In this document: positions 37,914 through 51,061 of the stretch, in pieces
How positions within the stretch are numbered: position 1 is the stretch's first letter
How the letters are laid out: each line of letters starts with the position of its first letter
Source: Chiloscyllium plagiosum
Taxonomy: Eukaryota
Length of the DNA stretch: 64,000 nt
Direction: 5' to 3'
Assembly: GCF_004010195.1 (NCBI RefSeq)
Contig: NC_057757.1
Coordinates: 7,083,402-7,147,401 of the forward strand
Program-made: the position numbers and the translations under genes
The notes under the pieces: generated by a model
The model's database searches: none
Told to the model about the DNA's origin: nothing
What the model saw: only the letters and a program-made list of their open reading frames with translations

Positions 37914-38798
37914 CTACCAGCTCATAGCCCACCACCAGCTCAAGGCTCACCACCAGCTCATAGCTCACCACCAGCTCAAGGCTCACCACCAGCTCATAGC
38001 CCACCACCAGCTCATAGCCCACCACCAGCTCAAAGCTCACCACCAGCTCATTGCTCACCACCAGCTCATAGCCCACCACCAGCTCAAAGTTCACCACCAG
38101 CTCATAGCTCACCACCAGCTCAAGGCTCACCACCAGCTCATAGCCCACCGCCAGCTCATAGCCCACCGCCAGCTCATAGCCCACCACCAGCTCACAGCCC
38201 ACTGCCAGCTCATTGCTCATCACCAGCTCATAGCCCACCACCAGCTCACAGCTCACCACCAGCTCATAGCCCACCACCAGCTCATAGCCCAACACCAGCT
38301 CACAGACCACCACCAGCTCATAGCCCACCACCAGCTCATAGCCCACCACCAGCTCACAGACCACCACCAGCTCATAGCCCGCCACCAGCTCACAGCCCAC
38401 CACCAGCTCACAGCCCACTACCAGCACATAGCCCACCACCAGCTCATAGGCCACACCAGCTCACAGCCCATCATCAGCTCACAGCCCACCACCAGCTCAT
38501 AGCCCACCACCAACTCATAGCCCAGCACCAGCTCACAACCCACCACCAGCTCATAGCCCACCACCAGCTCACAGCCCACCACCAGCTCATAGCCCAGCAC
38601 CAGCTCATAGCCCACCACCAGTTTGTAGCTCACCACCAGTTCATAGCCCAACACCAGCTCATAGCCCACCACCAGCTCACAGCCCACCACCAGCTCACAG
38701 CCCACCACCAGCTCATAGCCCACCACCAGCTCATAGCCCACCACCAGCTCATAGCCCACCACCAGCTCATGGCCCACTACCAGCTCATAGCTCACCAC
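37914..38798. repeat. 18-bp minisatellite (agctcatagcccaccacc)n
   Basis: Tandem units; produces spurious (YELVVG)n ORFs on the minus strand. Confidence 0.95.
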
Positions 38799-39421
38799 AT
38801 TTCCTGATATGGTCTTCTCTACAATCCAGTCCCAAAACAGTCCTTCCTGTTGAGACCTAGTTTACTGCATCAGGTGCTCCCAGTGTGGCCTTCTCTACAT
38901 GAGGGAGACCAAATGTAAACTTAGGGAATGGCTCAACGAGCATCTCAGCCAGGCCCACAGGGACCAACCGGACCTCCCAGTCACCATTCATTTTAACGAG
39001 TCCTCCCATTCCGCTTCAAGCATGACCATCCTTGGTGTCCTCCATTGCCATAAAGAATCAAACTGCAAATTGGTGGAACAACACCTCATCTTCTGCCTGG
39101 GCAGCCTACAGCCTGGAGGACTCAACATTGAGTTCTCCAATTTCAAATAACCTCCCTTCCTATCCCCCGACTCTCTTCCCAGCTCCTCACCCTCCCTTCC
39201 ACTCCTCCCAGTCACCTATCGTATTCATCCCTCCCATCGACCAACTAGGTCATACCCTCTACATGTCTTCACCTATCTCCATTTCATCACCCTCCCCCCA
39301 CTTTATTTGCAGCTCCCCTTACCCCCACCCCCAGTCCTGAAGAAGGGTTACACCCAAAACATTGACTTCTCCACCTCCTGATGCTGCCTGGCTTGCTGTG
39401 TTCTTCCAGGCTCCTGCCAGT
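38793..39421 (+). mobile_element. Penelope-like element 3' fragment (GIY-YIG endonuclease remnant plus pseudo-LTR)
   Basis: LVYCIRCSQCGLLYMRETK..PVTIHFN..SHS..KLVEQHLIFCLGSLQPGGLNIEF*; degenerate hammerhead motif at 39333-39367. Confidence 0.85.
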
Positions 39422-39759
39422 CTACCAGCTCATAGCTTGGCAACTTCAGTGAAAAATTGTCACAATGAAAAGAAAAATACCTGCATGTGTAATGTATAAG
39501 TGGAGGTTATGAATTTATGAATTTTTCCTTTCCAATGGCAGATCATAGTAAGCAAGGGCATTGATCACAGGGTGAAAAAACACTTGCACAGAGTGAGGAA
39601 TACAGGTTACATTGCGAAGGATGAGATCAGCATTAACAGGATCAGCATTATTTGAATTTAAGTTTATACGTGTAGGATGGTTATAAGAAATGTTACAGTT
39701 AGATCTACTGTAGGGAATTCACAAGGAGTCTCCTGGTATTGGCGCCACTTTGTCCTTTT

Positions 39760-40420
39760 AGAGACAGACAGTGAGGGCGACTGAGAATTTGTGAGTGACA
39801 GACAGAAACAAAAATAAACAGGCAGACAGAGGGAGAAGGAAACAGAGGATTAGAGACATTGCAAGAAACACAGAGAGGAAAACAAAAAAAAACAGAAAAG
39901 GTGAGAGAAAGACAGAGAGCCACCCAGTAACAGAGATAGGGCAGTGAGATGCAGGGATAGGGAGACAGGCAGAGAGAAAGAGACAGAGATAGATGCAGGA
40001 AAGGAAGAAGAGAGACAGAGAGAGATGCACACAGAAACAGAAATAGAACAGAGAGATAAAGGGATAGTGAGAGAGAATGAGATGGAGATAGAAAGACAAA
40101 GATAGACAGAAAAACACAAACAAACAACAAAAAGAAGGGAGGGAGAAAGACAGACAGGTAGAAATGGACACGAGAGAGAGAGGCATACAGAAACAGAGAG
40201 ATGGAGACAGAAAGACATGGGGGGACAGAAAAAAGATAGAAAGAGAAAGACAGAGAAGAAAGAAAGAGAGAGACAGAAGGATGGAGAGACAGAGAAAAAA
40301 AGCAGATCAATAGAGACAGAGAGAGGGAGACACAAAGCAAAACATAGAGAGCGGGGGACAGAGGAAAACAGATAGAGGAATAGAGACAGAAGGAGAGATG
40401 CAGTAAGGCAGAGAGGGAGT
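39760..40420. repeat. Purine-rich (GA/GACA) low-complexity tract
   Basis: Visible composition. Confidence 0.9.
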
Positions 40421-41349
40421 TTAAATGATGAATACAGACATACATCAAAAGGGAAATCTAAACTCGAAGAAAACAGAAAATGCTGTAAATACTCAACAGG
40501 TCTGACATGATATGTGGAGAGAGAAAAAGGTTTAATGTTTCTTATGAAAGCTGACAGAGCTGAATCTCCATCTCTCATGAATATTCCCAACACTGGTCGC
40601 ATTTCCTTTGGATTCCAGTGTTTTAAGTGGGGATTGGTCCATGTCCTCTCTGATTGCCCATTGGTTGGAGAAGGGTGACTGATGGGGTCTGAAAAGGTTC
40701 ATGGCAAAAGGTCATGGAGTTGAAATGTTTAATGCTGCTTCTCTGTCCACTCGGTTATCTCCAGCATGTTCAGTTTTTAGTATCACTACTGTAGTAGCAG
40801 CTGCAGACACAGCCCCGTTTGTGCACAGGGGCTTTCGACTGTTGAATACACTGATATCATGGAATGTGGAAGTTTGTTCTTTGAGGGGTGGGTATGGGAG
40901 CTAGAAGCCCCTGGAGATGTTGCAATATAACTATAAACACCTGGGTATGTGGCTTAGTGTCCTTGCTGGAAATTTTCCCAGTTTTCTTCAGTCTAATTTA
41001 TTTATGGATTTGGGTTGGAACTAACCTGACGTCAATATTTATAATACTTTGCCAGGAAAGTTCACGCACAGGAAAGAGTAGATTTACTTCATCTGAGTCA
41101 GCAAACCCTGAGCCAGCAACACAGAGACCAGTCAATTAACCTGAGTCTACCAACTAATTTGAATCAATCACTTCAGTCACCTTACCTGGGTCAGCACTTG
41201 GAACCAACACTGTGACCAGTTAACTGGCCAGGAGTCAGTTAACCACAGAGTCAACTAACCTGGGTTCACGAGCTGGGGGTCAACTAACCTGGGCCAGTAA
41301 TCTGCTAATCTGAATCAAAAAACTCGCTTCAGGAGTCAGCTCCATTAGA

Positions 41350-41982
41350 TCACCACTGGGACAGTCTGTAATCCGGATCAACACATGGATAGTCTATAGT
41401 CTGGATCAGCACTGGCACATCCTGTAATCTGGATCAGCACTGGAATAGTCTATAATCCGGATCATCACATGGCTGGTCTATAATCTGGATCAGCACTGGT
41501 ACAGTCTCTATTCCAAATCAGCACTGGGGCAATCTCTAATCTGGATCAGCGTGGGATAGTCTATAATCTGGGTCAGCACTTGGACAGTCTATAATCTGGA
41601 ACAGCACTGGGACAGTCTGTAATCAGGAACAACACTGGGAGAGTCTATCATCTGGAACAGCATTGGGACCGTCTATAATCTAGAACAGCATTAAGACAGT
41701 TTATAATCCGGGTCAGCACTGGGACAGTCTATCATCTGAATTAGCACTGGCACAGTCTATAATTCAAAACAGCTCTGGGACAATGTATAGTCTCGATCTG
41801 CACTGGGACGGTTTATAACCCAGCTCTGCACTGGGACAGTATCTAACCCAGCTGTGCACTGGGATACTGTCTAGCCGGGGTCTGCACTGGGACAGTATCT
41901 AACCCGGCTGTGCACTGGGACAGTGTCTAGCCGGGGTCTGCATTGGGACAGTATCTAACCCGGTTGTACACTGGGACAGTGT
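41350..41982. repeat. 28-bp minisatellite (gcactgggacagtctataatctggatca)n ending about 67 bp before the claudin ATG
   Basis: Tandem units; the last ones alternate between two variants. Confidence 0.9.
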
Positions 41983-42049
41983 TCAGGCCGACTCCTGGCT
42001 GCAATTCCCCGCCTCCCTCGCTCTCTGAGCCGGACTCTGCTTTCCCGGG

Positions 42050-42263
42050 ATGTCGGCGCTAGACGCTGCCGGCTTCGTGCTGGCCATGCTGGGCTGGGTG
42101 CTGATCGGAGTGTGCCTGGGGGTAGACCAGTGGAGAGTCTCCAGTCTGGACGGCAGTGTCATCACCACCTCTACCATCTACGAGAACCTGTGGAAAAGCT
42201 GTGCTAGCGACTCGACCGGAGTTTACAACTGCAGGGACTTCCTCAGCCTGTTCGGCCTCTCAG
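42050..42263 (+). CDS. CLDN15: Claudin-15 exon 1 (TM1 and extracellular loop 1)
   Basis: Translates MSALDAAGFVLAMLGWVLIGVCLGVDQWRVSSLDGSVITTSTIYENLWKSCASDSTGVYNCRDFLSLFGLS, with the claudin W..LW..C..C signature; very close to recalled CLDN15 ([34 protein letters not shown]). Ends at a phase-1 donor CAG|gtacat; CpG-rich. Confidence 0.95.
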
Positions 42264-42379
42264 GTACATTCTAGCAGCGCCCCGAGGAGAGTGGAGGGGT
42301 GTGTGCGTGTGAGAGCAGGGAAGAGGGACAAAGCAGGGTGGCTACAGCCTTCATACTGACACTGGGTACCCCATTCTCC

Positions 42380-45020
42380 CTGTTTCAGCCCCTCCCATAA
42401 TCCTGTAGCAATTCCAAATTAATCCCACTGCTCACATTCTCTCCATAGTCCTGTATCAATCCCTCAACTAATCTCACTCCCCAGCGCTTTCCCTATAGCC
42501 CTGTGTCAATCTGTAAACTAATCTCACTGTCCCATTCACTCCCCATTGTTCTGTATCAATCCCAAACTAGTCCGAAGACGTATGGGTTAGGTGAATTGGT
42601 CATGCTAAATTGCCCATAGTGATAGGTGCATTAGTAGGGAGTAGGTGAATGGGTTTGGGTGGGTTACTCTTCGGAGGGTCAGTGTGGACTTGTTGGGCCG
42701 AAGGTCCTGTTTCTGCACTGTAGGGAATCTAATCTAATCTAATCTATTCCTACTGTCCTGCTCTCTCCCCATGGTCATCTATCAATCCCAAACTATTCCC
42801 ACTGTCCCGCGCTCTCCCCATGGTCATCTATCAATCCCAAACTATTCCCACTAACCCACTCTCTCCCCATAGCCCTGTACCAAACCTAAACTATTACCAG
42901 TGCCCGCACCTCCCTGTAATCCTGTATCAATCCCCAAACTAATCCCACTGTCCCACACTCTCTCCATAGCCCAGTACCAATCCCAATTTAATCCCACTGC
43001 CCCACACTCTCTCCATAGCCCAATATCAATACCAAACTGTTTCTACTGCCAGGCTCTTTCCCATTGCCATATTTCAATTGCAAACCAATCCCACTGCCTT
43101 GCATTTTCCCCTGTATCATTCCACTGCCCAGCTTTTTCCACAGTCCTGTATCAAATCCTCAAATTAATCTCACTGCCCCATTCTCTCCCCATAGCCCTCC
43201 ATCAATTCCAAATGAACCCCACTGTACTGTCCTCTACTCATAGCCCATAGCCTTTTATCAATGCCAAACTAATACCTCTGCCCCACTGTCTCCCCAGAGT
43301 CCTATATCAATCCCCAAACTCATCTCACTGCCCTACCTTCTCCCCATATGCCTATACCAATCCCAAACTAATCCCGCTGCCTCGCATTCTCCTCATGGTC
43401 CTGTATCGATCTAAATACTAATCCCACTGTGCCACTGTGTCTCCACTTACCTGTATCAATCCTCAAACTAATTCCACTGCCAGACTCTCTCCCCAATGCC
43501 ATATTTAAATCCCAAACTAATCCCACTGCCCCGTGCTGTCCCCATGGCCCTCTATCAATACCCAAACAAATCCAACTGTCCAGCTCTTTCCATAGCCCTG
43601 TATCAAATCCTCAAGCTAATCTCACTGCCCCAGTTTCTCCCCGCAGGCCTGTTCTATCCCAAACTAATCCCATGGCTGTGCACTCTCCCCACAGTCTAGT
43701 ATCAATCCCCAATCTAATACCACTGCCCCACTCTCTGCATAGCCATGCATTGGAGCTCTGTATCAATCCCAAACTAATCTCACTGCCCTGCTTCCTCCCC
43801 ATAGTCCTGTATCAAACCCAAACTAAGTTCACTGCCCGGCTCTCTCCCCATAGTCCAGTATCAAACCCAAACTAATTTCAGTACCTCACTCTCCCCCAGT
43901 AGCCCTGTAACAATCCCACATCAATCACACTTCATTCATCACTCTCCCTACGTATGCACCTCCCAATAGTCAGTCCTATAGCGGATTGATGAGAAAACAT
44001 CTCAAATACTATGTGCCGTTATGGTCTCCTTATTTAATTAAGGATGTGTGTGCTGGAGACGGTTCAGAGGAGGTTTACTAGATTTTTACCTGGGATGAGT
44101 GGGTTGTGTAATGAGGAAAGGCTGCCCTGACTGGGCCTGTACCCACTGACATTTGAAAGAGCGAGGGGTAACTTGATCGAAGTGTACAAAATGCTGAATG
44201 ACCTTGACAAGGTGAATGAGCAAAGGGCTGTCTCTCCTTTTAGGTATGTCCAACATAAGGAGGCATTGCTTTGAAATGAAGGGTCACCCATTTCGGACAC
44301 AGAGTGAAGGGAAACATTCTCTCTCCAATGGTTGTGTGACTTTGGAATTCCTAACATGCAGGGATGGTGGAGTCATTGAATATTTTGAAGGGTGGGTTCT
44401 GGTTGGGAAGGAGACGCAGTGGTTTTTGGTGGTAAATGGGAATGCAGAATACTGACAATTAAACAATGATCTTATAAAATGGTGGAGCAGGCTTGAGGGG
44501 CCAACTAACTAAAAATCCCATTGCCTCACTTTCTCTCCACCGTCCTGTATCAATCCCAAACTAATCATACTGCCCCGCTCTCTCCCCATACCCTGTATCA
44601 ATCCCCAAACTAATCCCACTGCCCTGTGCTCTCCCATTGTCCAGTATGAAACCCAAACTAATGCCAATGTCCCATTCTCTTCCCATAGCCCTGTATCAAT
44701 CCTAAAATGATTCCCACTTCCCCCTCTCTTCCCATAGCACTGTATAAATCCTTAAACTAATCCCACTGTCCTGCTTATTCCTCATAGCCCTGTATCAACC
44801 CCAAATGAATCCCACTGCCCCATTCTGTCCCTATAGCCCTCTATCAATTCCAAACTAATCCCACTGTCCTATGGTCTCCCCATAGACCTGTATCAATCTG
44901 CAAACTAATCCCACTGCCCTGCTCTCTCCCCATATCAATCTAAAAACTAATCCTACTGCTCTGCTCTCTCCCCATAGCCCTGTATCAATCCGCAAACTGA
45001 TCCCACTGCCCCAGTCTCTG
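42380..45020. repeat. Degenerate tandem array of about 49 bp (atcaatcccaaactaatcccactgcccc..ctctccccatagccctgt) at the start of intron 1
   Basis: Period 49 measured between 42781 and 42830; interrupted by a SINE half (42575-42745) and a CR1 piece (43970-44505). Confidence 0.88.
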
Positions 45021-45639
45021 CCAAAGGACTAGACATGGCAAATACTGGAATGATGCTGCTGATAACCATGGAATCTAAAACCAGGGATCACAGATGATGA
45101 TATGGGGTGGGATGAAGAGAAATGTCTTTAACCAGCGAATGGGGAGCCTGTGGAATTCTTTGCCACAGAAAGCAGTTGAGACCAAAACATTGTGTGATAT
45201 CAGGAAGACGTTCCATATTGCATTTAGGGTGAAAGGCATCAAAGGATAGAGGAGGAAAGCAGGAACAGGTTATTGATCTGCCATATTGAATGGTGGAGCA
45301 GACTCAAGGGCTACATGGCCTCTCCTACTCCTGTTTTCTTTCATGTTCCTCTAATTCCGGTCTCTTGCGTATCCCCAGTTTTAATTGTTCCACCTTTGGC
45401 TTCAGTTACCTAAATTCCCTCAAATCCCGAGCTTTGGAATCCTCACCTGACATCGTTAAAACTACCCTCCCACCCACCCACAACTCCATCCTACCTCCTT
45501 CAAGCCCATCTCCATCACCGGGACTCTGACAGCCTGCTCCAACATCTGCTGCTGTGACTCAGTGTCACACTTGTGCTCCCTTGAAGCCCCTTTCAGTAGG
45601 CGCTTTACAAATGCAGTGTTATCAATCAGCACATACTCG

Positions 45640-46270
45640 TACTCAAGAAAAATAACAGAATGCTGGCCTTTCCGTCTAAGAGGACTGCAGTGTAGGAATT
45701 CAAAAGTTATACTGCAACTATACAAAACCCTGGTCAGACCTCACTTTGGAGTACCGTGAGCAGATCTGAACTCCACACCTTAGGAAGGGTATATTGGCTT
45801 TAGAACAGGCACAGTGTCAGTTTACAAGAATAATACCTGGACTTCAGGGGTTAAGTTATGAGCAAAGATTATGCACATTAGGCCTGTTTTCTCTAGAATT
45901 TAGACTGTTAGGAAGTAATCTGGTCAAATCTTCAAGATAATAACAGGAAAAGACAGAATAGATAAACTATTTCCATTGGTTGGAGAGTTTAGAACTGGGG
46001 CATTGTCTAAGCATTGGGGCCAGGTCATTCAGGTGAGATATTAGGAAGCGCTCTGACACACAAAGGCTGCAAGAAGTTTGAAATCTTCTCCCTCAAATGA
46101 CAGTGGATACTGCGTTAGTTGTTAATCTTAAACCTGAAATAGACTTTTTTTTATTAAGCAAAGGAGTGAAGGGATATGGGCCAAAGGCGTAAAGGCCACA
46201 GATTGGCCAGGATCTCATTGAATGGGGGAACAGACAAGAGGGGCTGAATGGCCCATTCCAATGTTCAGAC
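45640..46270 (+). mobile_element. Old CR1 fragment in claudin intron 1 (others at 43970-44505 and 45020-45350)
   Basis: VILQLYKTLVRPH remnants. Confidence 0.75.
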
Positions 46271-46604
46271 AAATTCAGAAAAGGAGGAATCCATTTGACC
46301 CTTAAACAGTGCTGCGCCATTCAGCAGCTGACCCGATTGTGCTACCTTCCTGCATAGTCCTCTCCATTCCCTGTAAACCTTTCGTATACTCTGTCACCCA
46401 CATCTGCTCACTGCTGCCAGCACCAATCGGCCCCCGAATTCCAGAGGCTGTTTTGGGCATTGTGAGGGACCCTGGGGAAGTGGGACCACTCAATGCAGCC
46501 GGCAGTCCTTTGGTATCTCTGGGACTATTATCCTCTGAGGCAAAGCGCTGTCAGTACAAAGGTGTGTCCCCAAATGATATGAAGTTAAGAAAGGACACAA
46601 GTCC

Positions 46605-46910
46605 GGCCCTGGGAGTGTTTGATGGGGGACAGTGTAGAAAGAGCTTTACTCTGTATCTAACCCCGTGCTGTACCTGTCCTGGGAGTGTTCGATGGGGGAA
46701 TAGTGTAGAGAGAGCTTTACTCTGTATCTAACTCCGTCCTGTCCCCGACCTGGAAGTGTTTGATAGGGGACAGTGCAGAGAGAGCTTTACTTTGTATCTA
46801 ACCCCATGCTGACCCTGTCCTGGGAGTGTTTGATGGGGGACACGTGGAGGGAACTTTACTCTGTACCTAGCCCCTTGCTTTCCCTTACCTGGGAATGCTT
46901 TGTGGGACAA
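46605..46910. repeat. Tandem repeat of about 70 bp (ctgggagtgtttgatggggacagtgtagagagagctttactctgtatctaaccccgtgctg..)
   Basis: About four units, period 70 between 46609 and 46679. Confidence 0.85.
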
Positions 46911-47763
46911 TTGATGGATACCCTATTGTACGCCTCCCTAAAATCTCTGATCTCACCCCTTCCTGTTTCACTCTCCTTCCTGTCACCATAGCCTGGGAGA
47001 CAGTGTCTTGACATTACCCCTATGACTTGTCTAGTGAACAGGCCAAACCCAATATTTCAATGGAGTCAGGACAGTGTTGTCCTGAGAGTGCTCTGCATTG
47101 ATCTTAGATATCAGGGGGCTCAGTTCAACAGGACACCTGATGTTGATTGCTACCTTATTCCGCCCCCAATACCCCGGGCACCCATGTTGAAAACCGTATT
47201 AAAGAAACACTGAGGACTACAAAGGTACAGAATCTACTCTTTTTGGATCAAGTGTTGCTGGGTGATCTGGAGAGTTGTTAATATGCATTCAGATGAAGCC
47301 TTTAAAGACCTTTGACGTGAATGGCTTTTGAAACAAGGATAGAAGACAGATGAGAAACATTGTCCTGCTGCCGAGCAACATGAGAACGAAGGGTGAGGCC
47401 CTCAACCCCATTCAACCCCTCAAGCCTGTTCTGTCCATTCAACGAGATGAGGACTGACCTGTGGCACTACTCCATGAAACAGGGAGAGACAATTGGCCTG
47501 TTAGAAAGAGAGAACTTCTCAGTAGCTCATTGAGTACGGCAAGTTTCGTTCAGAGAGGGGTGCAGGTGAACTGGATACAATCAAAGACCTGTAACATCAG
47601 CAGCATAGTTTGGCAGTCTCCCTAACAGTCGGGGCAGAAGAAAAGTCCCGAATGCTTTATATGTTAGTGACAGAAAGGTTCCGTCAGCAGAAGGTGATAG
47701 AAGGTAACATGGAGTGTTTGCACAAGAGACAAAAAGAGCTCAGCATGGCCACACCCATTGGGA

Positions 47764-47940
47764 CAGTCCGTTCTGCTATAACGTGACAATTGTGTTCCTT
47801 GTGCTGTAGACGATCGCTAACCGAAAATCGCTCTGTCCGTTCAGCAAAAAGTTTGTGTTATCCAAACAACGTCCACAGTTCGTCAATCGCGTTATAGCCA
47901 ATCCGTGCTGACAAAACCCACGTTATAGCAGAACGCCCTG
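47764..47940. mobile_element. Tigger/MER6-like MITE in claudin intron 1
   Basis: TIRs cagtccgttctgctataacg and cgttatagcagaacgccctg, with TA at the 3' side. Confidence 0.75.
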
Positions 47941-49309
47941 TATGGTCGTTTAAGGTGGAGGGAGGTGACCGTTCACTTGAGGTTTGAGTGTCTCTAAGTT
48001 GGTTGTTGAGGGTAAAAAAGGTTGTATCTTTTTCTCTCTTATTTGTAACGAGACCGTTTCAGATGGCTTTTGCAAAAGAGTTTTTTCTTTTTTGCATTCT
48101 TTTGTTAATAAATAAAATTTTAATAAAATAAATAATGACGTTCTTTTGTTAAACGCACACTGACAGTCTCCTTGAAATATGATCAGTGACTGTGAACAAT
48201 TTAAAACAAAACTTCAACTTTTGGTCCATCAAACCAAGTTTCGATCTGGGGTTTAACTTGCCCAGCTTTACCATCAGCTGGGATCAGGGCAGTAAAGCCC
48301 TGGCAGAACCTCATCTGAGCCCATGAGTGATTTGGTTCTTATTGCTTGGGTGTTGTTTGATCGCATTGTCAAGGATCTCATTCAATCCAGGGACGGATAT
48401 GATGGGGACATTGTCTGTAAGGTGTGATTCGGTGAGTATGGTCGGACAGTCTGCGGGACAGCTCTCCTAAATCTGGCTCAAGTCCTTAGATGTCAATTCA
48501 GGGGAATGTGACAAACTGAGAGAGAGAGAGAGCTGTTTTGCTGTTGCTGTATGCAAGATAGAAGACAACAATGTTTCAAACCTCCTTCAACTGCACCCAT
48601 AACCTCTATATCCAGATGGACAAGGATATATGGGGACATCACTTCCTATAAGTTCCCCTCTGAGCCACTCGCCATCCTGACGTAGAATATATTTGCCATT
48701 CCTTCAGTGTGGCCAGGTGAAAACCCCTGGAATTCCCTCCCCACCAGCACTATACTGAACGGACTGCAGCAGGTCAAGAAGGCATGTCTCTTATTAGAAT
48801 TCAGCAATAGGGCGCTCAGATCGGAAGATTTGAGTCGAACAATGTGTTCTTCTCGATGATCGACTATGGGATGGATCACCACTCAGATCACAGTCCGTGT
48901 TTTATCAGCCCTACTGCGAACTGTAATAAGGCTTAATGCGTGAACTTTGAAGCTGGGTTGAGATAACAGCGAGATTAGATTACAGAACCTTGAGACAACT
49001 TTCCGATACGAACCCAATGTCCAGGTTGAGTGTGTTCTGTGTTTCGGCATTTACTATCTTTTTTACATCCGCTCAACAACTCACCTCTTTACACAGCATG
49101 AAAAGCCCTCCATCGCAGAGTGAACTCTGTTGCTGTGAGGGAATTTAAATGTTCCTGAGCTGGTTATAACCCAATATGAGACAGCAACGATTCCAATCTG
49201 GATTAACAATTCACCCCTACAGAACTTCTCTGCTTCGTCACACCAGTCCTTCATTACTCCAAGTCTGCTTTTCATGCATGCATGTATTGTCCAGCATTCC
49301 CAATATTCT

Positions 49310-50105
49310 AAATAGGAGATGGAGTTTGATTTGGATAAATGCAAGATATTGCATTTTGGTAAAATAAACAATGGCAGGACTTCTACAATTAAAAGCAAGG
49401 TCTTGAGTGGTGTTATAGAACAGAGGGACCTAGGGGCTCAGCTACATAATTTTTGAACTTTGTGTCGACAGGGTGGTTAAGAAGGCGTTTAGCATGCTTG
49501 CTTTCATTGCTCAGACCTTTGGGTATAGGAGTTGGGACATCATATTGAGGTTGTACAGGACGCTAATGAGGCCACTCCCGGAGTACAGTGTCAAGTTCTG
49601 GTCTCCCTGTTATAAGAACGATATCATCAAGAGGGTTTAGAAAAGATTTACCAGGGTGTTGCCTTGAATGGACGGTTTGAGTTATAAGGAGAGGCTGGGT
49701 CTTTTTCTCACTGGAGCGTAGGAGATTGATGGGTGACATTCTCGAGATTTATAACATCATGAGGGGTGTAGGTAAGGTGAATGGTAGCTGTTTTTTCCCT
49801 ACGATGGGGGATTTCAAAACTAGGGGGCATATTTTTAAGATGAGAGGAAAAAGATTTAAAAAGAACATGAGGGGCAACTTTTTTACACAGAAAGTGGTTT
49901 GCATGTGGAATGAACTTCCAGAGGAAGTGGGGGATGCAGATACAGTTACAAGGTAAAAAAAGACATTTGGTTAATTACTTGTATAAGAAACGTTTGGAGG
50001 GATATGGGCCAAGTGCAGGCAGGTGGGACTAATTTAGTTTGGGATTATGGTCGGCGTGGACTGAAGGGATTGTTTCTGTGCTGTATGACTCTATGACTCT
50101 ATAAA
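49310..50105 (+). mobile_element. CR1/HER1-type LINE 3' fragment
   Basis: ORF2 C-terminal remnants and tail ctgtatgactctatgactctat. Confidence 0.88.
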
Positions 50106-51061
50106 CTAGTATTTAAATTGCTAATTTCCTCTGTAATTACTCACTATATAATACAATACTATACTAATGTACCTCCTGGCTTTTCCACATCCATGCACTC
50201 ACTGTGAGCGTACATCTTCTGGCTAATTCAATAATGACACAGTTTAAGCCACACTGTTAAACTGAGAGCTTGTAACATGGTGGCAGGGACTGAGATTGAA
50301 TGTTGAACATTGAATTGGGCCAGATGGCTTACTCCTACTCCTACTCCTTATGGTGATGTGCAGCAGGTTCCATATCAAATTAAAGTTGACTGTCACACAA
50401 CTAATCACTGATATGAGCATCAAACTATCCTGCGTTGTCATAAAATCTGATCCTATCATGTAATAAAGCTCTTTACTTCTGTATAGAGTATCACAGCATG
50501 CTATAATGTTCAAGTGTAAAAAACGTAAGAAATGGGAATAGGTCATTCAGCCCATTGAGTCTGTCCTCCCATTCCACACGACCATGGTGATCTTTGGTTT
50601 CAATGTCACGTCCCACCCGCTCTGTATATTCCCAAACATCTCTCAGTGTCAACCCTGTCAAACTCCTTAAGAACCTTGTAGTTCTCAATGAGATCACCTT
50701 GCGTTTTTCCAAACTCCAAAGGGACAGTGCGGTGGCTCAGCTGTTAGCAACACTGCCTCACAGCACCGAGGTCCTGGGTTCAATCCCAGCCTCGGGTGAC
50801 TGTGTGTTCTTCCCCATGTCACAGTGCCTAGAGTGGGGAAGTAACACTGAAGATTGTGTCCTTTAAACGCAGACAGCAGGAACCACATTTCTGTAAGTCT
50901 GCTTGGTTTGTCCATATGTCCCACTAATGCTGAGTGACCCTCAGAGCCTGGCTTGTTTAGGTCAGCAATTCAAGTACTAGGTTGGTAGGGACTTGATACC
51001 TGTGATTGGGTACTGGGTATCTGCAATGCTTTGGTTGGGGCACTAGGTATCTGGTGATTTT

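Noticed and set aside
37885..38798. (YELVVG)n repeat protein ORFs
   Set aside because: An 18-bp unit lacking stops on one strand; broken by a frameshift near 38450, with no splice or promoter support.
39705..40602. Long hydrophobic Leu/Ser/Phe ORFs
   Set aside because: Reverse translation of a GA-rich tract; the same applies to 20656-21276 and to the His/Thr ORF at 3818-4459.
42264..42274. ORF-track extension GTF* of claudin exon 1
   Set aside because: Read-through into intron 1 past the GT donor; the spliced frame continues at 53911.
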